Assembly (NCBI RefSeq): GCF_018977255.1
Contig: NW_024704743.1
Location: 43,960,001-44,024,000, forward strand
Length of the DNA stretch: 64,000 bases
Direction: 5' to 3'
From: Callorhinchus milii
Lineage: Eukaryota
Positions 52,131-64,000 of the stretch are shown here, piece after piece. A program made the position numbers and the translations under genes. Positions within the stretch are counted from its first letter, which is position 1. Every line of letters begins with the position of its first letter. The notes under the pieces were generated by a model that saw only the letters and a program-made list of their open reading frames with translations, did not search any database and was not told the DNA's origin.

Positions 52131-54404
52131 TTAAGAACAGGAGTAGGCCATTCAGCCCTTTGAGCCTGTTCCACAATTTAATTAGATCATGACAGATCTG
52201 TACCTCAACAAATCATACATAGTCACTTACTTTATAGTATACCCTGTGAAGAAATCTGGGTCATTTTCCTGATATGAAATACACTATTCCAAATGTAAGG
52301 ATTATTAGTAATGTTAGTTCTTATAAAAATTCAGATGAAATAACTTATTTTGCAATGGAAAAATTCAAAACACATGGTACACATGATTATTATTTAATGC
52401 CATGGTCTGCTCATGAAGCAAGGCTGGCATGAAGCTTAACATTTAATTTCTTACTCATATAATTTTATGTTGCAATTTCTAAAGTAATGTATTATAACAG
52501 AGTGCAGTGCATTAATAACAGATAATGTACTCAATGGTTGATTCAGGATCTGGCCTTTCAAAGCCTTAAATTAATTTAATGATACATTATTCATCAATTC
52601 TGTCCATTATTCCAACACATGCTTTCTGCAGTCCTGCTGAGCTATAAACAGGGATTGCCAGATGCATGCTCAAGGGCTATTTGAAGTGAAAAGCATTGAT
52701 TATGCTGAACTGTACAGATTAAGTTCATCATTACAGAACAGGAAAACAGTTTCAGATTTTCTGCTCTGGGGAAAAATGAACTAGATGAGTTTAATGAGTG
52801 AGTGAATTTTATTAAGTCAGCAAAGACTAAGCATGAAAGACTGATGGTTTTATTGCTTGATTCAATTCTCAGGCTTCAACATTAATTAGTTTTGGGGTAA
52901 ATCCATTTATAGTTCATGGCTATGGATAATGTATTTCAATTAGTATAAACCATCATTAAAAATTGCTGAAAGTTGTTATTACTTCACTCTAGCAACATTA
53001 CTTCCTGCATACCTATAGAATTCCTTAAATGTTTCTTAGCATAATTAATTATATTGTATGTATCATTTTTTCAAAGTGTTTGAATGAAATAATGAAATTG
53101 GGTGCTGCATATCAGATAAAAACAATACTGTATTCTAATATTTTTGCCAGAACCACAAGTCGTATAAATCACCCACTGCCCCAGAATTATGGGTGCACTT
53201 CTATCAACTAATGACAAATTACATAAATAAGGGCACATGTAATTCACTCTGTACATGTAATACCACATAGATGGTATAATATTCTTAATTTTTTAAAACT
53301 ATTACAATCATATTAAAAAAAGGAAGAACAAAGGCTGGAAGATTTTTGAAAAGACTATGGTTTCATGGGCTCCGAGAAGTTCCATTCACACCAAGTGGTA
53401 CCAAAGTCCCTTTGGATGCAAGTGGGCTACATATCTGACTGGAGCTGGTCAGCAGGTCTCCACAATGTTATTTCCTGTTTTCTGCACCTATGCATAGTGG
53501 GGAGCAATGTCAGCAGCAACCTGATGACCTGGAAGTCAAGCATTGTTTTAGTGGGAAAGCAACAAGGGCTGACTTTTGTGTCATTACAGTAGATCACAAG
53601 ATCAGTCTGGATGAAGAAAGTCTGAATAAAGCTCTCTGAGACGCCATTCGGCGTGGAGGGCGCTATATAAATCCAAGTTGTTGTTGAAAGACATTCAGCC
53701 TATTTCAATTCCCCCAATCACTGCATCAAGCTTCAATCATCATTGACTTCCTGGTGCAATTACTTTAAGTGAATTCACACTAGAAAGAAATGTGTTATAG
53801 CTTGGCTTCACAATATAATCAAGATGCCTGGTGTATAAAACATGTATACATGGTTGACACAACTGGCATTATGGATCCCCATTATTATAAATTTTCAGGC
53901 TACAAGATCCAAAAATATTTCTGTCTTATTTAATCTTACTCATCATTAATTTGTCTGGAATATTATTCTGCAAAGTGTTGCATTATTCAGCTGCAATAAT
54001 CTATTGTGCAATGTACATTTGAAACTAAGTAAATTTGAATGCCTTTCCTGCAGTATTGTGCAGGATTTCTTTAGAATCAGCAGAAATATGAACTGTGTAC
54101 GATTTCACTTTTGGTACTGCAATATGATAAAATCACAAGATTGGTTTGGTTGACGAAGGTCCTTTGATCTCATCCTTCCAGAAAACATAATTTTCCTTTA
54201 ACAAGTTCAGCGTCCTGGCCTCAAGCAACCTTCCTGGCAACCTGTTTCAATCATTAATTACCCTCTGAAATAGTCAGATTATTTTAGTGTCGATCTCTTT
54301 GAATCTGAAACTCCAGGACTCAAACACTGAATGTTAGATCATAAGCCCTTGTAAGTTAATGACATGACAACATATTTAAATGTATTGGATATTTATTGCC
54401 AAAC

Positions 54405-55105
54405 AAGAGAGCCAAATAGTAGCTGTAGAAAGTTAGAGATCATGCAGTACTTGATCAGGCAATTAATCAGAGCAACAGTGGTCCTGGAATTGAGGGTGGC
54501 GGCAGACAGAGAGTGAGTGTCATCTGTGTACATGTGGTAGGGGACTCCACATCTACGGATGATGTTACAAGTATACAGATGGTGGATAAGACCAAAGCAG
54601 AGACCTGAGGAACACCACACGTGACTGTGCAGGAATAGGAGGAGGGGCCATTGGAGGAGGTGAAACGAAGATGCTGAAATGGATAACTGTGATGTGAGGT
54701 AAGGTGAAGCAGAAAGGAGACAGTTGAGAAGGTTTGAATGGTTAATGATATTGAAGATGGCAGAGAGGTTAAGCAGTGGAAGCTGGATAGAAAGGAAATA
54801 TCTCTGGGATTTCCATGTAAAATGCAATATAAATGCAAGTTGTTGTTTAGTTTGGATACTTGCAAACATGACGATGAGTTTCTGCATATGTCAGACAACA
54901 ACAAGCATTTATAATAGCACTGCTCATTCAGGCTGCCAAAAAAGGCATTTAAAGTGGCAGAGATCAAGGAAGGGAAGATGGATAGGAGGAGTGGGGATTG
55001 GAGTCAAGAAAGCAGTTGACTGGCTTCATTCAGGAGGTGGAGGAGAAATGAAAGGAAGACAGGGTCAAAGGTGTGGAAGAAGGAGTGAATGAAGGCCTGT
55101 GGTGG
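54405..55105 (-). mobile_element. Two decayed L2 fragments (RT region about 54405-54790; 3' end about 54895-55105)
   Basis: ORFs give LLNLSAIFNIINHS, TCGVPQVSAL and YHMYTDDT (RT YADD-like motif). Confidence 0.75.
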
Positions 55106-56077
55106 AGGCAGCAGCAGCAGAGCAAACGCACAGTTTGTCTTGTACAAAACAATAGCTCATTTAGGTAGGTCTAAAGTTCAACCTGCCTTTCATAAAGCTC
55201 AACAAATCAAATCTAATATTGATTAGACAACAATTCATAACTGAAGCTGGATTATTTTTGGAATTGGCTCCATAATGCCCTATGCTTCTGCTACTTACAA
55301 ATATTCTATACATTGTTTGGTGCTTTGCACCAAAAGCTGTAAACATGTATGACAAATGGAAGATCTCTTTTTGAACAGGTTTGTTTACGTCCTGTAAAAT
55401 CATATACAAGGATAGGCTTCAAACATATCCCAGGTTGACTAAACATGAATTTTACAAATCTAGTAGACAAAAAAGTATGATGTTCAGTCATTTGCAAAGT
55501 ATTTTCAAATAAATGCAAAATGTTTCAAAGATAGAATCCTGCCTCTACTCATGACTGTCTCATATCAATAACTGGCAGGATTTTCAGGAGCAGAGTTGTG
55601 GTGATTGAAAGTGAGAGTATTACAAATACGAAAGCATTAGATTTTCTGAGAAATTATCCAGACCGAGAAGGTAATCATTGAGCATTACTTACTCTAATGA
55701 TTAAGACTCTTTTAAGGTTTGTCTCCAAGACTGAAAATGGAAATACTATTCTGTGTAAGAGAAACTATCAGTATCCATTTAGTGCAATATTAAGTCAGCA
55801 ATATTATAAAATTGAAGTCCAAGAAATTGCAGACAAACAATGGAAAATAATCAATTGATGCAAATCTGAATTAATGATACTGAAGAGAAGTCAAACAAGG
55901 TAAGTAATTGCTCCAAAGCCTTTTTGTAATCTACAGCAAATAGTTTTCTAATTATTAAGGCACATGTACTGTCCCTGAACTGATATTTGCCAAAGTGAAA
56001 CTGCTTGGAGTTCAGATATGCAAAATCAGAATGCTCCATTTGAATAGGAGAGTTGCTTGTATTTCTGAATATGAGAT

Positions 56078-56442
56078 TAATAATAATCCTTGCATTTGAT
56101 ATAATGCCTTACCAAGTCTTCAAGACGTCTCAAAGCACTTCACAGAATAGACTAAAGTGAATAGACTGGGTACTTTACAGGTGAATTGATGCAGCCAATT
56201 GCACAGTAATGTCCTATAAACAGTCATGGATTCAGTGACCATATTATTATTTTTGATGGAATTATTACCCCTGGAATAGCAATCTGTCAATTGACTAACA
56301 ACCAGGTTCCTACTTATTGCCAGGTAAACAGAGGCATGCGTGGAGTAAGGAAACATGCCTAACGTTTCGCCCAACCCGGCAATCAAACCCAGTTCCACTC
56401 ACTTGCGAGCCAAGTGCTCTAGCCTGTGAGCTACAGGACTCC
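56078..56442 (-). mobile_element. tRNA-derived SINE, long form
   Basis: Ends ...gagctacaggactcc; ccaggtaaacagaggc centre; tail at the left end. Confidence 0.88.
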
Positions 56443-57549
56443 ACTTGGGAGATACAGCTATTGTATCTCTCCTCCCCGCACAAAGTCTATTCTCAGCTAA
56501 AACCATATCCCATGCAGTGACATTTAACAGCAACAACTTGCACCTATACAGTGCCCTACACATAGGATAACGCATCAGAGTACTTCACAGAAATGAAGTT
56601 GGATGCCAGGCAAAGGAATAGGAAAATGCATTCAAATGCTTCGTTTGACTACAAAGTTCAACGATAAGAACATAAGAAATAGGAGGAGTACGTTTAATTT
56701 AATTGATGGTAATTTAATTACCATCAATGATAATTAACATATTTCAGTGTAGAAATTCCACCTGGGTCTAATTTTACTCTATTTTCTTAGCATTTCAAGA
56801 GTCCAGACTGAATTAACTTAGGGTTAGGTTTACCTAAAATAGTAAATTAAATCTAGACCCAGGACCAATTTGTACCCAAGAGTAACAAATTCAGGCAGGA
56901 GTAAGCTATCAGTCTGTCCAATCCACCTGTACAATATCACAATATCTCTTAACAGCACGTTATGAATGAAAAGGAGGTGAAGCTTGCATTCTGCGATGTC
57001 TCAGTTTTTCATTTTGAATTAGTTTCCAAGTATGTCAGTGGCCCTCAAGGCAGTGTTTAACCACTTTACAGGCATATTTTACATGTTCAACGTCTCATCT
57101 CTGAGTAATACACAAATGGAAGTGTTTTACTCTTGCTTCTCAGCAAGGAGTCACTTGATGACATGCGAGACAATGCTTGAATGCTATTGATCCTGGCATC
57201 AAATGGTAAGGCAGGGAAAGTACTGCCCAATTTAAGACATTTGTATTATTGCTGTGTGTTCATTGAACCAAATTGTGACAAGCATTGGCATTGCACAAGG
57301 GTGAATAAAAAGATTTTTCACATTGCTGGGAAAGTATTATACTTAAAAGTGCTTGCATAAAGCAGACCTGCTGATGTGAAAAATACTGCATACTACATTA
57401 AATTCTAATTATCTTTGACACTAAGTTAAGTACAGAGCTCAAAATCAACCCTGAAGACTCCTAAGTTTAAGGAGCTAAAATTACCTCCCATTTAAGTTCA
57501 GCTCCAAAAAAAAATCAGTTTTGTGCATCTGGAAACATAAGTCAGATCA

Positions 57550-59218
57550 ACAAAAACAACATTACATTTGTATAGCGCCTTTCACGTCAGGAGACATTCC
57601 AAGGTGCTGGACAGCGTACAGCTTTTCAGACCCGAGCTGCAGGATAGGAAGCCAGTGGAGTCGGGTAAAAATGGGGGAGATGGGGGTCACAGAGTTTGGT
57701 GCGGGAGAGGACACGGGCTGCAGAGTTCTGGATTATCTGCAGCCTGTGGAGGGAAGAGTTGGGAAGGGCATTTGCATAGTTGAGCCTGGAGGTGATGAAG
57801 GCATGAATAAGAGTTTCAGCAGCCTGAGGGGTGAGGTAGTGGTGGAGTCGGGCGATGTTACGGAGGTGATGGAAGGCAGAGCGAGTCATGGCTTGAATGT
57901 GGGGAAGAAGACAGTTGAGGGTTGAACAAGACACCTCGGTTCCTGACTGGCTGGTGAGTTGAAGTGCAACCATGGAGGTTGATGTTGCCAGAGCCTGAGG
58001 TGCTGAGGCGCTGGCGTGAGCCAATCAGGAGGGCCTCAGTCTTGTTCACAATCAACTGTAGGAAATTTGCCCTCATCCAGGACTTGATGTCCGACAGACA
58101 GTCTGTCAGGACAGCAGTGGTCCTGGAGTTGAGGTTGGAGGCAGGAAGAGAGTTGGGTGTCATCCGCATACATGTGGAAGTTGACCCCATGTCTACGGAT
58201 GATGTTACCAAGGGGAGTATGTAGATATTAAAGAGGAGAGGGCCAAGGACAGAGCCCTGGGGGATGCCAGACTTGACAGTGCGGGGGCTGGAGGAGAAAC
58301 TGTTGGAGGCAACAAAGTGGAGACAGTGAGAGAGATAGGATTCGATCCAGGCAAGGGCAGGTCCGTGAAAATTAAGTAAAGAGGAAAGGTGGTGTATGAG
58401 GATGGAGTGGTCGACAGTGTCAAAGGCGGCAGAGAGGTCGAAAAGGACAAGGAGGCAGAGGGAGCCCTGATCACAGATGTTCAGAATGCCATTAGTAACT
58501 TTGACCAGGGCTGTTTCCGTGCTGTGGGTAGCGCGGAAGCCGGATTGGAGGGGTTCAAAGAGGAAATGGCGAGAGAGAAAGGAGTGGAGCTGGGACACGA
58601 TGACTCGTTCCAGGACCTTGGAGAGGAATGGGAGGTGAGAGATGAAGTGGTGGTTGGAGAGGAGGGATGGGTCCAGGGAAGATTTTTTCAGGATGGGGGT
58701 GATGACGGCTGTTTTGGGGGAGCTGGGAACTGACCCGGTGGACAAGAGAGATTGATGACATCAGACAGGAGAGGGGCCACAAGGTGGAGCTGGGAGATAA
58801 GGAGAGAGGTGGGGATGGGATCAAGAGAGCAGGTGGTGGGTTAGAGTTTGTAAAAGATTGCGGTGAGGGAGGAGGGAGAGATAGGGTCAAAGGAATATAG
58901 GGGAAATGGGTAAGGTCATGAGGGACAGGGCAGAGGTGGCTGAACGTATCCCCTCGATTTTGGATTTGAGGAAGTCCAGCATCTCCTCACAGTTGGAGTT
59001 TGAGGAGAGGATGGGCGAGGCGTGGGAAGGTGGACGGAGGAGACTGTTTGTGGTGGAAAAGATAAGCCTGAGGTTATCCTTTGCCTCCAAGATAATCTTG
59101 GAGTAGAAGGAGGATTTGGCAGAGGCAAGAGAGCAGCGGTAGGTCTTGGTGTGGTGAAGCCAAATCTGACGATGGACCATTAGTTTGGATTTGGTCCAAG
59201 CGCAATCGGCAGCTCGCA
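57550..59218 (-). mobile_element. L2 LINE, 5'-truncated, frameshifted RT domain; internal deletion just before the 3' tail
   Basis: ORF 57858-58745: KTAVITPILKKSSLDP...QSGFRATHSTETALVKV...DLSAAFDTVDH...GIPQGSVLGPLLF; ORF 57626-58024 LIHAFITSRLNYAN. Confidence 0.95.
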
Positions 59219-59279
59219 CTGGTTGCTACTTTCAAAACACAAAGGTTGCTACTTTCAAAAACACATCAAGTTGCTACGG

Positions 59280-59570
59280 GGAGTCCTGTAGTGTAATGGT
59301 TGGTGCACGCACCTTGCAAGAGGACCCGGGTTCGATTTCCAGGCAGAGCGAACCTTAGGCATGTTTCCTTACTCCACACGCTTCTGTTTACCTCGCAGTA
59401 AGTAGGAACCCGGTTGTTAGTCGATTGGTGGATCGCTTTCTGGGGTAATAACCCCTCCCCCCAAAAAAGCAGTCACTCAAACCATGACTGTTTGTGGGAC
59501 ATTAACGTGCACAATTGGCTACCATGTTTTACCCACAAGATACAGTCAATCCACTTTTTCAATATATTCC
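59280..59570 (+). mobile_element. tRNA-derived SINE, long form, 3'-truncated
   Basis: ggagtcctgtag head, ggttcgatttcc B box, ctgtttacctcgcagtaagtaggaacccggttgttagtcgattgg centre. Confidence 0.88.
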
Positions 59571-60759
59571 GTATTTTTGCTGTCCTATTGTTCATAAATG
59601 TCATTAACAACATTTCCTTGCTGTCGACTCCAGCAATGTAATGCTCTCAGTCCTTTTACTGTAATCCATTGCAAAACTTTCACATTTTTAAAAGCATGTA
59701 AGATGGAAGCAGTGCTTTAAAAATAGTATCAAGTCAGCACCAATTGTTACAACGATGAAGTATTTTAAACCATAAAAAGCAGAGCAAATAATTTGAAATT
59801 GCTTGTAGCAAAGGTCTGCAAACAGAAATTGTTGTATTTGTCATGATTAAAATAATTGACTTAACATTTTTAAAAGGAACCTTGACTTTATAAAGTCCTT
59901 GTGCTGATGTGTTGTTATATAAACAATGTAGTTTAGTAAAAAAGGGGAATTGCAACGACAAAGGTTATCCATTTCACAGGCAAATTGTTTAATTTAAAAG
60001 GAGATGTGCACTCTCACTTTAAATTAGTTCCCTGTACTGGATAATTCAATAACACTGCAATACATCCCTTTGAGATCTCATCACAAGGACATTTCTTGCT
60101 GCCCTCTCATGGGTTAGAGGAGGCAGTGTCATCAAGGCAGATGCAATGTGTGCTTCAAGGCAATAAATAGAACTACCTCTCAAATCTTTACTTTAAAATC
60201 ATATAATTAGAACACAAACTATTTATTAAATAAATATGTATGGAATAATTGATACACAGCAGCCTGATTATGTTGCAAACTATGCAACTCTGAAATTCAG
60301 ACAGAAATTTAGACATCAAAAATGCAGTAGTGAGCTGCATTGTCATTACTTATTAATTCTAAACAAGTGTGCATACAAATTACCTTTTGATCAGATTTCA
60401 GAGCTTGAATAAATTATCACACAGAAAAGACAACAGGATCTATTCAGTGCCATGTGTAAACTATGTGTAAGCACATGTGTGAAGAAGAATTACAAGTGTC
60501 CTTAATTATGCCTTTAACAACTAAACTATTAATTGGTTGTCAATTATATACTTGAGGACAATTGTACTGCCTCTGTACGAGTGCGTATACATCTGTGTAC
60601 CATTTAAACAATCATAATGCACCTAAATTTTATACATGGTTGAGACAGTTTATATATAGCTCATGACCACAATACAACACCGGAGTCCTTTGATGATATG
60701 CAGCTACAATGCAAAAATCCCACTGAATGCACCAAAGGCAATGAGCAAATCTCTGAATC

Positions 60760-61000
60760 AATTTTTTAGCCAGGAATGATTAAGAGGATGAAGTGGAAGT
60801 AAAGGTGTGAGCAAAGGTGGGTGACAACAACGGGTTCCAAGACATTGGAAATGAACAGCTAATTTGAAATGGGCTGGTAGTTTGCAAAATTTGAAATACC
60901 AAGGATTTTTGAGGAGGAGGGGTGATGACAACGGTTTTGAGGGAGAGCGGGATGGTGCCAGACAAGAGACAGTTTCACAGTGTTGGCCAGCATGGATCAG
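60760..61000 (-). mobile_element. L2 ORF2 fragment, decayed
   Basis: ORF 60780-60965 SGTIPLSLKTVVITP. Confidence 0.7.
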
Positions 61001-61073
61001 AGAAGGGCAAGTTAGTTGGTTAGCAATTGGGTGGGGAGGGGTCAAGTCAGCACGCAATGGATTTCATATCTGT

Positions 61074-61187
61074 GGAGTCCCACAGCATAGTGGTTAGCAC
61101 ACTTGCCTCTCCAGTGAGAGAATCTGGGTTCAATTCCCGGGTGGGGCGAAAACCTAAGCAAGTTTCCTTACTCCGCAAGACTCTGTT
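61074..61187 (+). mobile_element. 5' half of a long-form SINE, interrupted by an L2 insertion
   Basis: ggagtcccacagc head through gcaagtttccttactcc...ctctgtt, after which the SINE consensus stops abruptly. Confidence 0.85.
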
Positions 61188-64000
61188 GCCATCTACGATG
61201 GCGGCAGTCTGGAGCCTGGCATCGTGAGGTCACCAAACATGATTGCAAAAACAATGGGGGGAAAAAAAAACTGTTTTTGCAATCCAGGCGAGTGGGTTCA
61301 ATCAGAGTTCAATTAGAGTGGAGCAGGGGTACCAGGCGTTCTTGAGCTCAAGGCCTCCCATGGTGGGCAGCCTGGAACAGGGACCAAGGCATGTTACACG
61401 CAAGCAACACCTGGAGCGAGGCCTGAATCAACATCTGGAGCAGGGTCCTGTTCACACAAATGAGCATGGCCTGAAACAAGGCTCGACAATAACACCTGCA
61501 TAGGGTCCATCGACCCCAGTGGTGAGCAGATCCAACGCAGGGACCGAGGACTATCTGTACCTGTGTCATGCGGAGCCAAAGTGGGATTCATCGCCTTGGT
61601 TAGTCCAAAGTGCCATTGCAGCGATTGCTGACTCTTCGGGTGAACATCCAACCAGAAATTGGCTGCGCGCAACATCACATCCGCCTGCCACTTTTGAATT
61701 TCTGAGTCTGAACTCACTGGGACTACAACATTGTCCGCCTTTCCCCATGATGATCCATACCAGGGGGCTAACCATGCCTCACTGCCCACACCCCCACCCC
61801 CTACCATTTGCTCTTAATCTCGGCATGCGCATTTTGGCTGCTGCCACCCACCGAACTGCTTCCCCAAAATGCTCCCAACCCTGTCGTCTACCCTCCACTA
61901 CTCCGCTCATTCCTCCTCTCCCACTGCCTTCCCCAACTCCTATCCCTGCTCAACAGTCCCACAGCCTCCCTCTGGCCCACCGTGGCAGACTCCGCTGGCT
62001 GTCCAAAGGCAACCACTCTGAATGCCCCATTCCCCCCACCTCAGCGCAAAGCCCATCGGTCCCTGATCCCAGGGGCCAACTGCTCCTTCGAATTCAAGAT
62101 CCTCATCCTCACCTACAAGGCCATTCACGGCCTTGCTCCCTCCTACCTCTCCAACCTACTATCCCCCTACCTACCTGCCCGTACCCTCCGTTCCTCTGGC
62201 TCCGGTCTGCTCCACGTCCCCCGCCCCAACCGCCCTACCATCGGTGGTCGGGCCTTCAGCCTCTCAGCCCCCAGGCTCTGGAACTCCATCCCCCAGTGCC
62301 TTCGCCGCCTCCTCCCTCTCCTCCTTCAAGGCCGGTCTCAAAACCTTTCTCTTTGACCGAGTCTTCAGCTCCCCTCTCGACTCTCTTCCCCCTCCTCGCT
62401 CCCTCCCTTCCCTCCCCTCACCCTGACCATTTCCCCCCTCCTCGCTCCCTCCCTTCCCTCCCCTCCCCTCACCCTGATCATTTCCCCCTCCTCGCTCCCT
62501 CCCTTCCCTCCCCTCACCCTGACCATTTCCCCCCTGCTCGGGTCATGACCCAACTGTGCAGCGCCTTGGGACGTCCTCCTGACGTGAAAGGCGCTTTATA
62601 AATGGAATCTTGTTGTTGTTGTTGTTGCTCCGCCCTCATCACCACATTCCACCACCAACTCTCCCCTCCACATCAGTCTACAAAATGTTCACTCCCTCTC
62701 CAATAAAATAATCACCATCCAAGACCTCATTGTCGAGGAAAACATCAACATTCTCACCCTCACTGAAACCTGGGTCACTCCAGGTGACACCTTCCCCTTG
62801 ACAGAGGCCACACCACCCAACTACATATTCCATCATACCTCACAACCTAACCACCACAGTTGTGTTGTAGCTCTCATCTCCCGTTCCCCAGTCGGCCCAT
62901 CCCCTTACTTCTCTGGAACCTTCCTCTCCTTTGAGCGCCTTACCTTCCATCACCCCTCCAACATTCCCCTCAAAATTCTCCTTACCTATCACCTCCTACC
63001 CCACAAGCACTCCCCACCAACAACTCCACCCTCCAATCTTCCCTCTCCCTCAGCACGTCTCCTTATCCTAGAGGACTTCAACCTTCACTTCACCTCCTTC
63101 TGTTCAACCTCTGACTTCTCCTCCCTCAACCTCTCCACATCATCACCCACATCTGCAGTCACCCCTTCAATCTGATGATCACTTGGGGTCTTACCATCTC
63201 AGACCTCACCATTACCGACAAAGCCATCTCGGAGCATCACTTCATCTCCCTTACCTCCTGAATCTCTCTCCCTATTGCCATCTAACCCACCTCCATCCAC
63301 CCCTGGAAAAAAAAAATCCTCCAAACTACCTAGAGTCATCTGAACTCCTCCCCTCTGGGCTTCTTCCTACAATGACCTATACTCCTCAATCACTCTACTC
63401 CACAACTTCCTCTCCACCACCGTCAATGTGCCCTTGTTCCCCTCACTTCCTGAATCATATCCTACTCACAAAAATCAATAGTACACCAGCCACCTCAGAT
63501 CCCTTAAAGCACAGATGCATGCCGCTAGCTTAAATCCAACTCAATAGTCCATTGGTAGATCCGGCTGGACCATACCAAATTTTACCACTCCGCCCTCACC
63601 TTCGATAAATCATTGTTCTACTCCAAGACAATCTTAGAGTTCAAGGACAACCCCGGGCTTCATTAACAGGCTTCTCCACCCAGCCTCTCACACTTCACCC
63701 ATCCTCTCCTCCAACTCCAACTGCAAGGAGATGCTGGACTTCCTTGAAACCAAAGTCATGGGGGATCCGCTCAGCTGCCTCTGTTCTTCTGTTTACTATG
63801 CCCTCCCCATCTCCCCCTCATACCCGACCCCTATTCATTTCTCCCTCCACACATTTGAACCCATCTCACTCTCCTTTCTATAACCACCACGATGATAACC
63901 TGCATGAAACCAACCACCTGCTTACTCGACTCCATCCCTACCCCTCTCCTTAACCCCAGCTTTGCCCCTCTACTCAGACATAAACCTCTCCCTGTCCACT
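61188..64000 (+). mobile_element. L2 LINE including probable 5' UTR and APE endonuclease domain; decayed; continues beyond the window
   Basis: From about 62670: HISLQNVHSLSNKIITIQDLIVEENINILTLTETW...EDFNLH (APE motifs); 63300-64000 is homologous to 880-1600; assigning 61188-62086 to this element is inferred. Confidence 0.8.
62087..62625 (+). mobile_element. Young 5'-truncated L2 3' fragment nested in the older L2; its 3' UTR contains a roughly 45-bp triplication
   Basis: FEFKILILTYKAIHGLAPSYLSNLL...RAFSLSAPRLWNSIP; (TTG)n tail; flanked by TGCTCC direct repeats at 62081-62086 and 62626-62631. Confidence 0.92.

Noticed and set aside
57858..58745. Active reverse transcriptase gene
   Set aside because: 5'-truncated, frameshifted and internally deleted L2 copy
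61519..62601. 360-aa ORF as an L2 ORF1 or novel protein
   Set aside because: It crosses the junction into the nested L2 in a non-ORF2 frame; C-rich low complexity explains the lack of stops

Overview
This window is eukaryotic, not prokaryotic. It is AT-rich vertebrate intronic/intergenic DNA, most likely from a cartilaginous fish (shark or chimaera); that assignment is inferred from the repeat content. It is dominated by decayed L2 and CR1 LINE fragments and by about 25 copies of tRNA-derived SINEs. These SINEs share one L2-like 3' tail but carry different central modules: a Deu-domain type, and a CORE/Meta-like type in long, short and deleted forms. Almost every ORF in the supplied track is a LINE fragment, an antisense shadow or a simple-repeat artefact. 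A GC/CpG-rich block at about 23.3-26.9 kb holds a 19-bp minisatellite, a 1.3-kb TG-rich array, a pentamer array and several minus-strand splice donors. It looks like the promoter/first-exon region of an unidentified minus-strand gene. A few isolated candidate exons exist, but I could not name any host gene. I found no CRISPR array, operon, intact transposase or clearly new multi-gene system. The most notable observations concern retroelements: a SINE>L2>L2 nest that preserves a probable L2 5' end, modular SINEs, and a SINE subfamily whose tail matches the youngest L2. There are also several unexplained hairpins, duplications and a 3-copy dispersed element. Boundaries of decayed repeats were read by eye and are approximate.
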